Numbered from the stretch's first letter, positions 12,993-25,730 are shown. The stretch: 64,000 bases of DNA from Octopus sinensis (GCF_006345805.1 NC_043013.1:8742001-8806000); one strand, 5' to 3'. Numbers and translations are program-made. The notes: a model not told the origin generated them from the sequence alone.

Positions 12993-15900
12993 ATCATCAT
13001 CGTCGTTTAACGTCCGTTCTCCATGCTAGCATGGGTTGGACGGTTCGACCGGGGTTCTGGGAAGCCAGAAGGCTGCACCAGGCTCCAGTCTAATTTGGCA
13101 ATGTTTCTACAGCTGGATGCCCTTCCTAACGCCAACCACTCCGTGAGTGTAGTGGGTGCTTTTTACGTGCCACCTGCACAGGTGCCAGGCGGGGCTGGCA
13201 ACGGCCACGGTCAGATTGGTGTATTTTATGTGCCACCGGCACGGAAGCCAGTCGAGGCGGTGCTGGCATCGGCCACGAGTCGGATAGTGCTTTTTACGTA
13301 CCACCAGACCAGGGATCCTGGCTGGTTCAATTCGATTTCGATTTCGCTTGCCCCAACATGTCTTCACAAGCAAAGGGGGTTGGCAAGGGTGCCTGTCGTA
13401 CGGTCGCATTGGAGTATTTTACGTGCCACGGCCACGAGTCGGATAGTGCTTTTTACGTACCACCAGACCAGGGATCCTGGCTGGTTCAATTCGATTTCGA
13501 TTTCGCTTGCCCCAACATGTCTTCACAAGCAAAGGGGGTTGGCATGGGTGCCTGTCGTACGGTCGCATTGGAGTATTTTACGTGCCACGGCCCCGAGTCG
13601 GATAGTGCTTTTTACGTACCACCAGGCCAGGGATCCTGGCTGGTTCAATTCGGTTTCGATTTCGATTTCGATTTCGCTTGCCCCAACATGTCTTCGCAAG
13701 CATGGGGGGTTGGGATGGGTGTCTGTCGTCGGATGAGGTTCTATATCGACTTCGCTTGCCTCAACCGGTCTTTGTGTCCAAGGGAGGAAAGGCATTCATA
13801 AGTGGGCTGGGCTCACTTGTCCTGCCTGGTTTCTCACGTACAGAATATTTCCAAAGGTCTCGGTCTCTGGTCATTTCCTCAGTGAGGCCTAAAGTTCGAA
13901 GGTCGTGCTTCACCACCTCGTCCAGGTTTTCCTGGGTCTACCTCTTCCACGGGTTCCCTCAACTGCTAGGGATTGGCACTTTCTCACACACCTATCTTCA
14001 TCCATTCTCGCCACATGACCATACCAGCGCAATCGTCTCTCTTGCACACACAACTGATGCTTCTTAGGTACAACATTTCTCTCAAGGTGCTAACGCTCTG
14101 TCGAGTATGTACACTGACATTACACATCCATCGGAGCATACTGGCTTCATTCCTCACGAGCTTACGCATGTCCTCAGCAGTCACAGCCCATGTTTCGCTG
14201 CCATGTAGCATGGCTGTTCGTACACACGCATCATACAGTCTGCCTTTTACTCTGAGCGAGAGGCCTTTAGTCACCAGCAGAGGTAAGAGCTCCCTAAACT
14301 TTGCCCAGGCTATTCTTATTCTAGCAGTTACACTTTCAGCGCACCCACCCCCACTACTGACTTGGTCACCTAGATAACGGAAGCTATCAACTACTTCTAG
14401 TTTTTCCCCCTGGAAAGTGAAGGAAGTTGTTTTCTGCAGATTTTCGGAGGTTAATGCTCCCGAGCATCTGCCACATACAAAAACTATCTTCCCAGTTAGC
14501 CTACCTTTGACATTGCTGCACCTCTTATGTGTCCATAGCTTACACTGGGTACATCTTATAGAGTTTCTACCCACACCTTTTCTACAGATCGAGCAGGGCC
14601 ATCTTCCTGAAGATATTTGTGGATTGTCTACCTTTCTACTTATTAGTACTTTGGTTTTAGCTAGGTTGACTCTAAGGCCCCTTGATTCTAAACCCTCCTT
14701 CCACACCTGGAACTTCTCCTCCAGTTCTGATAGTGACTCAGCAATAAGAGCAAGGTCGTCAGCGTAGAGGAGCTCCCAGGGACAGCCTGTCTTGAATTCC
14801 TCCGTAATTGCCTGGAGTACTATGATAAATAGGAGGGGGCTGAGTACTGAACCCTGGTGGACCCCAACCTCTACTTTGAATTCTTCTGTGTACATGTTGC
14901 CAACCCTAACCTTACTTACGGCATCTCTGTACATGGCTTGCACAGTCCTCACCAGCCATTCATATCCCTAGTTTCCTCATTGACCACCAGATAAGGGATC
15001 GGGGGACCCTATCAAAAGCTTTCTCCATGTCAACGAAAGCCAGGTACAGGGGCTTATCTTTGGCTAGGTATTTCTCCTGCAGCTGCCTTACCAGGAATAT
15101 AGCATCAGTGGTACTTTTTCCTGGCACGAACCCAAACTGCATCTCATCTAAACTAACTCTCTCTCTAATTAGTTGGGCTATGACCCTCTCCGTAACCTTC
15201 ATTACTTGATCCAACAGCTTGATACCTCTGTAATTATTTGTATCTAGGGCATCACCTTTACCTTTGTAGCAGTTGACTAGTATGCTGCTGCACCAGTCAT
15301 TGGGTATGACTCCTTCGTGTATCACCTGGTTGACTATACGGGTGACTAGGTTATAGCCGACACTGCCAGATATTTTGAGCATCTCTGCAGTAATTCCTGA
15401 TGGGCCTGGGGCTTTCCCTGTCTTCATGCTTCTAATTGCCTTAGCTACCACGGAACTATCAACTCGGATAGCTGGTCCCTCTGTAGGGTCAACATTCGGC
15501 AGACTCTCTTTATCCCATTCATTTTCCTCATTCAGTAACCTTTCATAGTGGCGTCTCCAAGCTTCTCTCTTTGCATCCTCATTTAGCGCAAGTGAACCAT
15601 CCTCCATGCGAACACATTTCTCTCCTACCACATCACGATTCTCTCTCACACACTGTCTTGCAACACGAAATACCTCAAGTCTTTCATCCTCACGGCGCAG
15701 GACATTGGCAAATTTTCTCTTATCTGCTTCCCCTCTGGCTAGATAGACCTGTCTCCTAGCTTCCTTCTGGCAGTCTGATACCCTTCCCTGCTACCACCGT
15801 TCTTCCAGGCCTTCCAAGCCTGTTTCTTTTGTCTAATAGCCTGTCAACAATATTGTTCCACCACCACGTTATTTTGGGTCTTAAGGGGACTTTGCACCAG

Positions 15901-16910
15901 CCACAGATCTGGTCAGTGGCTTTCAGCAGGTTGTCCCTCAGAAACGTCCAGTTGTCTTCTACCCCATGTGTAGCTATACCCCCTTCCACTTCGTCAAAGG
16001 CTTCAAGTAACATATCTCTAAATCTCTGTCCATTCGCAGAGGCTTTAAGCTTCCAGACCCTTCTTCTCCATGTTGGTCGTCTTCTAGTCGCCCTCTTAGT
16101 CCTGATCCTAAAGTCACTAATACCAGTCTATGTTGTGGGGTGCATTCTTCGCCTGGGAAGGTTTTGGCATTTTTAAGCAGCCATCTTTCCCTTTTTCTGG
16201 CAAGGATGTAGTCGATTTGGCTAGTATGCCGGCCCGATCGGTAGGTGACCAGGTGGCTTGTTGGTTTCCTGAAGTTAGTGTTGCAGACCATAAGACTATT
16301 CGCATCGCAGAACTCCAGCAGCCTGGTTCCCTCCTCGTTGCGGGAACCATAACCGTAGCCTCCATGTACGCCATGGAAGCCCCCAGCATGTCGTCCAACA
16401 TGCCCATTGAAATCACCAGCCACAAAGAGAAGGTCCTGTCGTTCGTCGATGAGGTGGTCTGCAGTAGGGTGTCATAGAAACTGTCTTTCTGTCCATCGGG
16501 TAGCCCTGGCTGAGGGGCATAGGCCGATATAATGGTTGCTAATCTATTATGAAGCACTATTCTAATCTTAAGTATTCTGTCACTTACTCTGATTACCTCA
16601 ATTACTCTATCTATCCATTTCTCAGCGATAATTATACCCACGCCACCAACCCCATCAGTGTTCCCTGCCCAGAAAATCTTGTACCTGTGTCCCTTGCCTG
16701 TGAGGACCCTAGCAGATCCTCCCTCCACCTTATTTCTTGCGTACAACATACATCAACACGTCTCCGTTCAAGCATCTCGACTATCTCGCCAGACCTACCT
16801 TTCAAGTGCCAACGTTGAGGGTGCCTACCCTGAGGGTGTGGGAGGTGTGGGCCTCTGAGACCCTGGGATGAGGGGCCGCAGTGTTCTGTACCTGAAAAGA
16901 AAGCTTGCAT
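12993..16910 (-). mobile_element. Near full-length RTE-clade LINE (APE endonuclease + reverse transcriptase), frameshifted
   Basis: Consecutive minus-strand ORFs give the APE motifs TLNVGT, QE, GDFNGHVG, QIDYIL and HRL, and the RT motifs DMEKAFDRVP, GVHQGSVLSPLLF and YADDL. The ORF ends at ~13813, followed by a ~800-bp 3' UTR and a (GAT)n tail. Broken by multiple 1-bp indels. Confidence 0.95.
13271..13740. repeat. 159-bp tandem repeat (~3 copies) within the RTE 3' UTR
   Basis: Unit starts at 13271, 13430 and 13589; the same unit recurs at 60466 and 60625 in the opposite orientation. Confidence 0.9.
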
Positions 16911-17122
16911 TTGCCAGATATCATACTGAGACTCTAGACTACACCCTGCATAAATTTCAAAGTTTTTGCGCTATATGATCACAATCATCATCATCATTGT
17001 TTAGCATCTGCTTTCCATGCTAGCATGGGTTGGACGGTTCAACTGGGGTCTGGGAAGCCAGAAGGCTGCACCAGGCCCACTCTGATCTGGCAATGTTTCT
17101 ATGGCTGGATGCCCTTCCTAAC

Positions 17123-17164
<42 letters not shown>

Positions 17165-17331
17165 TAAATATATATATATATATACATATACATATATTTT
17201 ATAATTAAGGGCTTATACTTCAATAAGGGTTTATACTTCAACCGTAAAGGTTTTTTTTAATATACTGCCACGCGTTCTGATGGAATCCTTTTCTGTAGAG
17301 AAAGGGACTTCATCCTATATTGTTAGTAGTA

Positions 17332-17362
<31 letters not shown>

Positions 17363-17834
17363 CATATTAATACATATATATTAATAATAAGGGTAAAAAA
17401 TTGATATTAATTTGATTAATATGAATTTAAACCAGTGGCCTAGCATATTGAAAAAATCTGAAAATTCAGAAAAATTATATTACATACATATAAGAGGGAT
17501 GACCACTAAGTGGACATCCAATATGCTAGAGGTAGACCCCATATGGTCTGACCACTAAGAAAAGATTGTCCTCAAGAAAATTCAGCAAAACGCCAGAACG
17601 TAAGCGAGCAAGACCAATGGAAAGATACAAAATATAATGATTAGTCACATACCAGGTTTCATTGTTACCATTTACATACTTACATACATAAATGTATGCA
17701 TGTTCTCTTTCGTGTGGACGTCCCATGTATAGCTCTGCAAATTATATTTTCTATGACAGTCGCACTGATGAATTGCGGACAATATATATATATATATATA
17801 TGTATATATCATATATATATATTATATATATATA

Positions 17835-17883
<49 letters not shown>

Positions 17884-17948
17884 ATATATAAAATATATAT
17901 ATACATATATATATAATATATATACACACACACACACACACACATATT

Positions 17949-18845
17949 TATAAAACCAAGAAAGAGAGAACAAATTTCAAAGGTCAGTGTTCATATACAC
18001 AAGATACAATATAAAAATTTATAAATATATAAAAATATGAAAAAAAATATATAAATGTACTTGCGAGGTTGTATGTCCGTATTAAAATCAATGAGGATGT
18101 TAAAATATGTGGATGGTGAATGTATAGCAGTAATCCAAATAGATGAGAGAGTTGGTATAAAATGGTTTTGAAAGGTATTTTGAGCAAATGCTCATACCAA
18201 CCTATATCTTCACGAAATGGCTCTCAGACTTTGCACTTTCTCAAGATTCTTTATAAAAATCATTTTATACCAACTCTCTCATCTATTTGGATTATTGCTA
18301 TATATTCACCATCCGCATATTTTAATATCCACATTGATTTTAATACGGACATACAACCTCGCAAGTACATCATCATCATCGTTTAACGTCCGCTTTCCAT
18401 GCTAGCATGGGTTGGACGGTTCAACTGGGGTCTGGGAAGCCAGAAGGCTGCACCAGGCTCCAGTCAGATCTGGCAGTGTTTCTACAGCTGGATGCCCTTC
18501 CTAATGCCAACCATTCCATGAGTGTAGTGGGTGTTTTTTATGTGCCACCGACACAGGTGTCAGATGAGGGTGGCGAACGGCCACGCTCGGATGGTGTTTT
18601 TTATGTGCCACCGACATTTATGTATATTTATATATATTTATATATTTATACATTTATGTATATTTATATATATTTATATATTTATACATTTATGTATATT
18701 TATATATATTTATATATTTATAAAAGTTTATATTGTATCTTGTGTATATGAATACATCTATGTATACTGTGGAGTTTCCAATGCTTTGAAATATATTGAG
18801 TGAATATGAACACTGACCATTGAAATTTGTTCTTGCTAGGTTTTA
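17949..18845. mobile_element. Foldback element interrupted by an RTE 3'-end insertion
   Basis: Arm 18056-18168 is reverse-complementary to 18257-18370; the outer arm 17949-18055 resumes after the RTE tail (18368-18616); ACAT occurs at both insertion junctions. Confidence 0.65.
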
Positions 18846-18942
18846 TATTCCTGAGGCTCTATTAGAATGCTAATTAGTTGTGCTGTACAAGGGGATAATT
18901 ATCCCATTAAAATCTTCATTATATACATATATATATGTATAT

Positions 18943-18994
<52 letters not shown>

Positions 18995-19349
18995 GACGGA
19001 AGATGGAATATACCTAACAATCTCCTGTGCAGGTGGCACGTAAAAGCACCATTTGGGCATGGCCGTTGTCAGTACCACCAAACTGGCCCTCGTGCCAGTG
19101 GCACGTAAAAGCACCCACTACACTCTCAGAGTGGTTGGCATTAGGAAGGGCATCCAGCTGTAGAAACTCTGCCAGATCAGATTGGAATCTGATTCACCAG
19201 ACCTCAGTCAAATCGTCCAACCCATGCTAGCATGGAAAGCGGACGTTAAATGATGATGATAATGATGATGATGAATCACCATGAAAGTGACTGTGCTTTT
19301 CCAGTAAGCTACCAAGTGTAAACTATTCATTTTATTATCCATTATATAT

Positions 19350-19393
<44 letters not shown>

Positions 19394-19654
19394 GTATACA
19401 TCGTGAAGGTGCATGGCTTAGTGGTGAAGGTGTTCCCAGATCGGGTGTTGTGTTGTGTTCTTGAGCAAAACACTTCATTTCACATTGCTCTGCAATCATT
19501 TCGTCATCTGACATGTGGCACCTGTTGTACCTGTACAGGTGATGTCAATTTCATGGTGGGAGTGAGCTTATGTGTACACAAACATTTGATCACTATAAAC
19601 AAATCATCTGCCGAACCCTCATACATTGTCTAACGATGCGAGAGTCCATCCATA

Positions 19655-19735
<81 letters not shown>

Positions 19736-19806
19736 GTATATATATATATAATATTATTGGTGAATTGAAGAAATGGAGCTGAACGAAGATTGAACAGAAA
19801 TCGTTT

Positions 19807-19899
19807 TATTTCATTCTACACGTGTTTCGAAAGGCACAATTTACCAAAATCCGATTGAATAATGAGACCATATTGTGTCTTTCTCTTCAGGAAGAAATA
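19807..19899 (-). ncRNA. Type I hammerhead ribozyme (PLE pseudo-LTR), left arm
   Basis: Stem I UAUUUCUUC/GAA(U)GAAAUA, intact CUGAAGA core, 12-bp stem II GAAAGACACAAU/AUUGUGCCUUUC (1 mismatch), GAAA, palindromic stem III ACACGUGU and GUA cleavage triplet. Confidence 0.85.
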
Positions 19900-20499
19900 G
19901 GAAATCCGTTGGAAAAAACAAAAACAGAACAGAGGCGGAGCAAAACAAATCGAACTAGGCTCCTAAGAGCCCATGGCAAAACTGTTTATCAGTGTATGTT
20001 GAGAACCGGTGGCTGAAGACTTAACGGGTCAGGCAGCGGTCAATCATGTGGGTGAGGGTGTGTAGATGTTCTTTGTGACCGAGAATAAAGTTCTGACTAT
20101 TTAAGGAATATTGGATGTTTTATAAGGGGCGAGAAAAAATCTACTTAGAGACATGTGTGTGTATACTGTTCTATATATGTGTGTGCTGGCGTAGGGGTAG
20201 AAAACATTTTTTGTGTACGTGTGTGCGTTTGATCGCTCGGCTGTCAGTGGCTAAACCGCTCTCCACAATGGCTACTGCAGTAAGAACCGTTGGGTGGCAG
20301 AAAAAAATATATATTATGTTTTATGTGTGTGTGTGTTCGTCTGAGCCTGCCTTGTCAAGGTAACCCCCCGTTGTCAAAAAACCAAGCCCCGTTTATCTTA
20401 CAGGGGTAATTCCCCTTGCAGTGGTTAATCGTAAATATCTTAAAGGCTATTTCAGAATTTGTTACCAAGGGCTATGGGTGCCGGTATTATTTATAAACG

Positions 20500-20934
20500 C
20501 TATTTAAAAGCCAGATAAGTGTAACGCCGCCAATGGGGGCATCGAAAAGCCGACTGTAAAAGTCCGTTTACCATCCGGCCTCTGGCAAACAAAATATGGA
20601 AGAGTTCGGAGACACAAAGGTTGCACTGCCTTCTGCCCCTATCAAATGGGAGGGCCACCGACAAAATTGACCATTCCAGCCTGTAGCTTGAGTTCGTATC
20701 CTTCAGTCGCCATATTAGCTTGCTGAGTCCCGTGGTCTGGCGCTTGTTCATGTCCCGAAAAGTTGCGTAATGGTGGGAGACTCGCAAAGCCAATCTTGAC
20801 GATGAGGCCCCTACATAAGTGAAGACATCTGAGTCCGTGTAAACCTTGCATTGGTAGACGGCGTTTTTGATCTTGGAGTTCGCCGACGTGAATCTTATTC
20901 TGCTAGGATTAGTTTCTGAAATTAGAACTGCGTT
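20500..20934 (-). pseudogene. GIY-YIG endonuclease domain of the Penelope-like element (open, 5'-truncated, 144 aa)
   Basis: KNAVYQCKV...TYVGASS.RL.LRVSHH...TTGLSKLIWRLKD...LEWSIL...CNLC..E..HIL...CPH...LAFK*; the mirror copy from 20958 (+) has 1-bp deletions. Confidence 0.8.
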
Positions 20935-21982
20935 CTCGGAACGAATATAGTGACAGGAACGCAGTTCTAATTTCAGAAACTAATCCTAGCAGAATAAGAT
21001 TCACGTCGGCGAACTCCAAGATCAAAAACGCCGTCTACCAATGCAAGGTTTACACGGACTCAGATGTCTTCACTTATGTAGGGGCCTCATCGTCAAGATT
21101 GGCTTTCGAGTCTCCAACCATTACGCAACTTTTCGGGACATGAACAAGCGCCAGACACGGGACTCAGCAAGCTAATATGGCGACTGAAGGATACGAACTC
21201 AAGCTACAGGCTGGAATGGTCAATTTTGTCGGTGGCCCTCCCATTTGATAGGGGCAGAAGGCAGTGCAACCTTTGTGTCTCCGAACTCTTCCATATTTTG
21301 TTTGCCAGAGGCCGGATGGTAAACGGACTTTTACAGTCGGCTTTTCGATGCCCCCATTGGCGGCGTTACACTTATCTGGCTTTTAAATAGCGTTTATAAA
21401 TAATACCGGCACCCATAGCCCTTGGTAACAATTCTGAAATAGCCTTTAAGATATTTACGATTAACCACTGCAAGGGGAATTACCCCTGTAAGATAAACGG
21501 GGCTTGGTTTTTTGACACGGGGGGTTACCTTGACAAGGCAGGCTCAGAACGACACACACACATAAAACATATATATATTTTTTTCTGCCACCCACGGTTC
21601 TTACTGCAGTAGCCATTGTGGAGAGCGGTTTAGCCACTGACAGCCGAGCGATCAAACGCACACACGTACACAAAAATGTTTTCTACCCCTACGCCAGCAC
21701 ACACATATATAGAACAGTATACACACACATGTCTCTAAGTAGATTTTTCTCGCCCCTTATAAAACATCCAAATTCCTTAAATAGTCAGAACTTTATTCTC
21801 GGTCACAAAGAACATCTACACACCCTCACCCACATGATTGACCGCTGCCTGACCCGTTAAAGTCTTCAGCCACCGGTTCTCAACATACACTGATAAACAG
21901 TTTTGCCATGGGCTCTTAGGAGCCTAGTTCGATTTGTTTTGCTCCGCCTCTGTTCTGTTTTTGTTTTTTCCAACGGATTTCC

Positions 21983-22074
21983 TATTCTTCCTGAAGAGAA
22001 AGACACAATATGGTCTCATTATTCAATCGGATTTTGGTAAATTGTGCCTTTCGAAACACGTGTAGAATGAAATA
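21983..22074 (+). ncRNA. Type I hammerhead ribozyme, right-arm copy
   Basis: CTGAAGA 21991-21997, stem II 21998-22009/22041-22052, GAAA 22053-22056, predicted cleavage after A22064; stem I 5' strand is one U shorter than in the left copy. Confidence 0.8.
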
Positions 22075-22458
22075 AAACGATTTCTGTTCAATCTTCGTTC
22101 AGCTCCATTTCTTCAATTCACCAATAATATTTTAATTTCAATTATCCGCACCAACGCACGGTTGCAACACCTTATGGTTGTACCTCCAACCGTGCTGTTT
22201 TCTGCTGTGATTTTTGCTACCAAGGTATCGGTTAAACTTTTGATTAATCTGCTACAAGATTATTCATCTTTCTATTTCACATAATATATATTATATATAT
22301 ATATATATATATACATACATACATACATACATATATATATATACATACATACATACATACGTATATATATATATATATACACATACATACATACATACAT
22401 ACATACATACATACATACATACATACATACATACATACATACATACATACATACATAC

Positions 22459-23402
22459 CTCAAAGATGTACCTTGTTCTGGCCCATCCAGTTGAGTTCAA
22501 TGAAGAGCTATTAAACAAACTTTTGCATGAAAATTCTTGTCAAGCAACAAGGGAACTGGCAGAGAAAATGGAATGCTCTCACACTGCTATAGAGAATCAT
22601 CTTCACTTGATGGGAAAGGTTCAGAAGTATGGAGCATGGGTTCCGCATACTTTAAGTGACAACAACAAAAATCAACGAGCCACAATCTCTGCTGGTTTTC
22701 TTGCTCGTCACCGCTCAACTCATGGACACAAGCAACGATGTCTTTACTGAATCATTACTGGCAATGAAAAATGGTGCCTGTACATCAATATGAAACAGCG
22801 TAAGGAATGGCTTAGCCCCGGTAAACAAGCGACAACGCACGTGAAACAAGATCTTCATCCACATAAAACGTTGCTGTGCGTATGGTGGGACTGGGAAGGG
22901 ATTATCCATTACGAATTGCTTGAACGGAACCAAACGGTCAATGAGGAACTCTATCTTCAACAGATGGAACAACTCAGCATGGCTATTCAAGAGAAAAGAC
23001 CTAATTGGCAGCATGGTGTTCTGCTGCATGACAATGCCCAGGCTCTTATCGCCAATATGACCAAGGAAGCCATTCAGATGCATGGCTGGGAAGTGCTGCC
23101 ACACCCACCATACTCTCCTGATTAGGCACCAACGGATTTCCACCTCTTTCGATCTCTTTCAAATGCTATGCATGTAATTTCATTCAATACTGATGCAGAA
23201 TTGAGAGCTGGGTTGGATCGATTTTTCGAGTTGAAATCAGGTGATTTCTACCACTGAGGTATTGAAAATCTTGTTGACCATTGGGAAGAAGTCGTAAACA
23301 AGGGTGAATACATTATTGATTAATTAGCTGTTATTTTTTATTAAATCTTTAAAAAAAATTAAATTTTAAAAAAACGGCAGGAACTTAGTTGCCAACCCAA
23401 TA
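22459..23402 (+). mobile_element. 5'-truncated mariner (DD34D) transposon relic
   Basis: WVPHTL, IITGNEKW, LCVWWD, LLHDNA and HPPYSPD*APTDFHLF motifs with in-frame stops; right TIR CGGCAGGAACTTAGTTGCCAACCCAA|TA. Confidence 0.92.
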
Positions 23403-24510
23403 TATATACAATGGGCATCTTTTGGTTTCCGCCAACCATATCCCTTCACAAGGCATTGGTCAGCCCAAGGCTACAGCAGAAGACTCTTACCCAAGGTGCC
23501 ATGCAGTGGGACTGAACCCGGAATCATGAGGTTGGGAAGTAAATTTCTTACCACACAGCCATAAGCATGCATTCAGATATACATATCTAAATAAATGGAT
23601 GCCTTTGATTCCAAGGACGAGCATCCCAGTCGTTTGATCAATCGAACTACCCCCTTATAGAATTGTAGTGGGGTCAAATTGTTCGACTAAATCCTTCAAG
23701 ATTATATACCCAGCATGGCCACAGTCAAATGACTGAAACAAGCAAAAGATAAAAAGATATGCTTATTCGTGTGTATATGTTTGTATATACGTATGCGTGT
23801 GTGTGTGTGTGTGTCTATATGTAGAGAGAACGTTTACACACCTTTACCTCAGCACATGTATGTATAAAAGTTAAATCAATCAATATAGCTGTTGATAACA
23901 AGTAAACTAGATTTGTGTGTAAATGGAGGTGGAAAAACACGATTGTAGAGAGCAAGGAGAGGAGGAGACGAAGGAGAGGAGGAGATGAAGGAGTGGAGGA
24001 GACGAAGGAGGAGGGGAGGGTATGAAGAGATGCAAGAGGGGAGTGGTATTAGGTGGTGTAATGAGAAACTACAACACGCCAAACCTGACTTCAATCGCCG
24101 ACGTCGGGATACATTAGAAGTATTTACAGCTCTATTTATTACATCTGCATAATTGTGTATATTGATTGACTAAAATTTGTGTGTGTATGTGTGTGTGTGT
24201 GTGTGTGTGGATGAATGGTATCTAATGACATGGTGACAGTTTGTTTGAATTAATATTGATTTCTTTTTCTTTTTTTTTTTTTGCAACAGAGGCACAAGGC
24301 CGTATACGTTTGCGAGAAGGAAAACAGTCGATTATTTCCCACGTCACTACCTTTGACTGTCACTTATTTTATCGATCCTCAATTCTGAATTGATGAAAGG
24401 TATAGAAAGAAGAACATCGAACTTAGAAACCTGGAGGGATGAAGTAGTAAAACAAAAATAATACGATGCATCAATATATACACCAAAGTTTTGTTTGGCG
24501 CTCTCTAGAT

Positions 24511-24729
24511 CAGTGGTTTTCAACCAGGGTTTCACGGAACCTTAGGGTTCCGCCAGTATAGTCCAAGGGTTCCGCAAGAAGTTACAAAACTGCTAAAATC
24601 GGCAGTAATTTTTAAATCTCCTGTGCAGACATGTGTGCATAAGACTATTAAATTATTGCACAGGTGTTCCTCGAGCCAGTGGAATGTTTCCTTGGGATTC
24701 CGCTCCAGCAAAAAGTTTGAAAAGCACTG
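24511..24729. mobile_element. hAT (Charlie-type) MITE
   Basis: TIRs CAGTGGTTTTCAA / TTGAAAAGCACTG; exact 8-bp TSD CTCTAGAT (24503-24510 and 24730-24737) matching the Charlie NTCTAGAN target. Confidence 0.92.
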
Positions 24730-24881
24730 CTCTAGATCCTGCTAATAACAGTTCTAAGTTTCTATCCAAAGATTCGTTAAGCGTCGGACAAAATACCTTG
24801 CGGTGTTTAATTTAAGCTCTATATGTTCGGATTTTTAATCCAGTCAGGATCAGCTTTGCCTTCAAGTGATAAAATAAAGCA

Positions 24882-25307
24882 GGGATCTTTTCGGTTTGAC
24901 CGGCAGTTTTTTAAATAATTTTCACGTAACTAAACACTTTTAAACTTCATATACTGGTAGAATGTGTTTATAAAACATCTTTTTCTCTTGGATTTATTGA
25001 GAAAATTCTATAGTTTGTAAGGTATTTGTTGTTATTTTTTCCTCAATTTCTGCAATTTCAGCCAATCAATGACGTCTATTGAGGTGAAAACATTCTGTGC
25101 CGTATGAATATGTCCCTCGTTTAAGAAACAGGATTGGGTTTATTTACATTTCTGAAGAAAAAAAGATACCCTTCCCTCCCCACCCCTAACTAACCCTAAC
25201 CCTAAAACAGATTGAAATGCAATAGATCGATACTAGGGTCATAATTATGGGTGACAATTTCATATGACACCGCTAGAAAAAACTACCGGTCAAACTGAAA
25301 AGATCCC
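24882..25307. mobile_element. MITE with GGGATCTTTTC TIRs
   Basis: GGGATCTTTTCGGTTTGACCGGCAGTTTT / AAAACTACCGGTCAAACTGAAAAGATCCC; superfamily not assigned. Confidence 0.75.
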
Positions 25308-25730
25308 AGACCGGTTTCATGTAAGACAATTTTCCCGGTGCATAATTTAATTATTCTTTCCCACTCTAGGCACAAGACCCGAAATTTTAGGGGAGGGTTG
25401 TTTATTTAACCCGCCGACCTTTTCCTTTTTTTCCTTTGTTTTCCGTTCCTTCGTCTTTTTCGCCTTGACCGGCTACACTAACACGGTCCTATTCAATTTC
25501 AGCTTCTTTACACCTTTTCTCGAACACTGTTTGAGGCAGGCACTTTTTCTCCAGATGGATCTTTCTTATCAGGTGGTAGTTAAAATGATTTACCAACCTC
25601 GACCGGAAAGTCCTAAAGATCCAAGAGCAAGTCCTGCGGGCCATGTCAACTTAACTGTTTGGGCAGTCCAGCTTCTGTTGTTATTGACAGTTACTCCGAA
25701 GTCTCTAGCAGTGTTAAATATACATACATA

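Larger units (their letters stand above)
19751..22130. mobile_element. Penelope-like element (PLE), 5'-truncated, inverted head-to-head duplication
   Basis: Arms 19751-20935 and 20957-22130 are reverse complements around a 21-bp spacer. Each carries a C-terminal GIY-YIG endonuclease, a 3' UTR and a hammerhead motif. (TA)n tracts lie just left of the element and from ~22285. Confidence 0.85.

Noticed and set aside
13023-13801. 237-aa and 147-aa ORFs (and mirrors at 60413-61024)
   Set aside because: They are by-products of the 159-bp (53-codon) repeat in the RTE 3' UTR, antisense to the element.
17765-17783. CTGATGA followed by an ATTG-cgga-CAAT hairpin (half hammerhead)
   Set aside because: GAAA and stem III are missing because the sequence runs into (TA)n; at most a truncated PLE remnant.
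25184-25205. Telomere-like (CCCTAA) units
   Set aside because: Only about three imperfect units, internal to a MITE; not an interstitial telomere.
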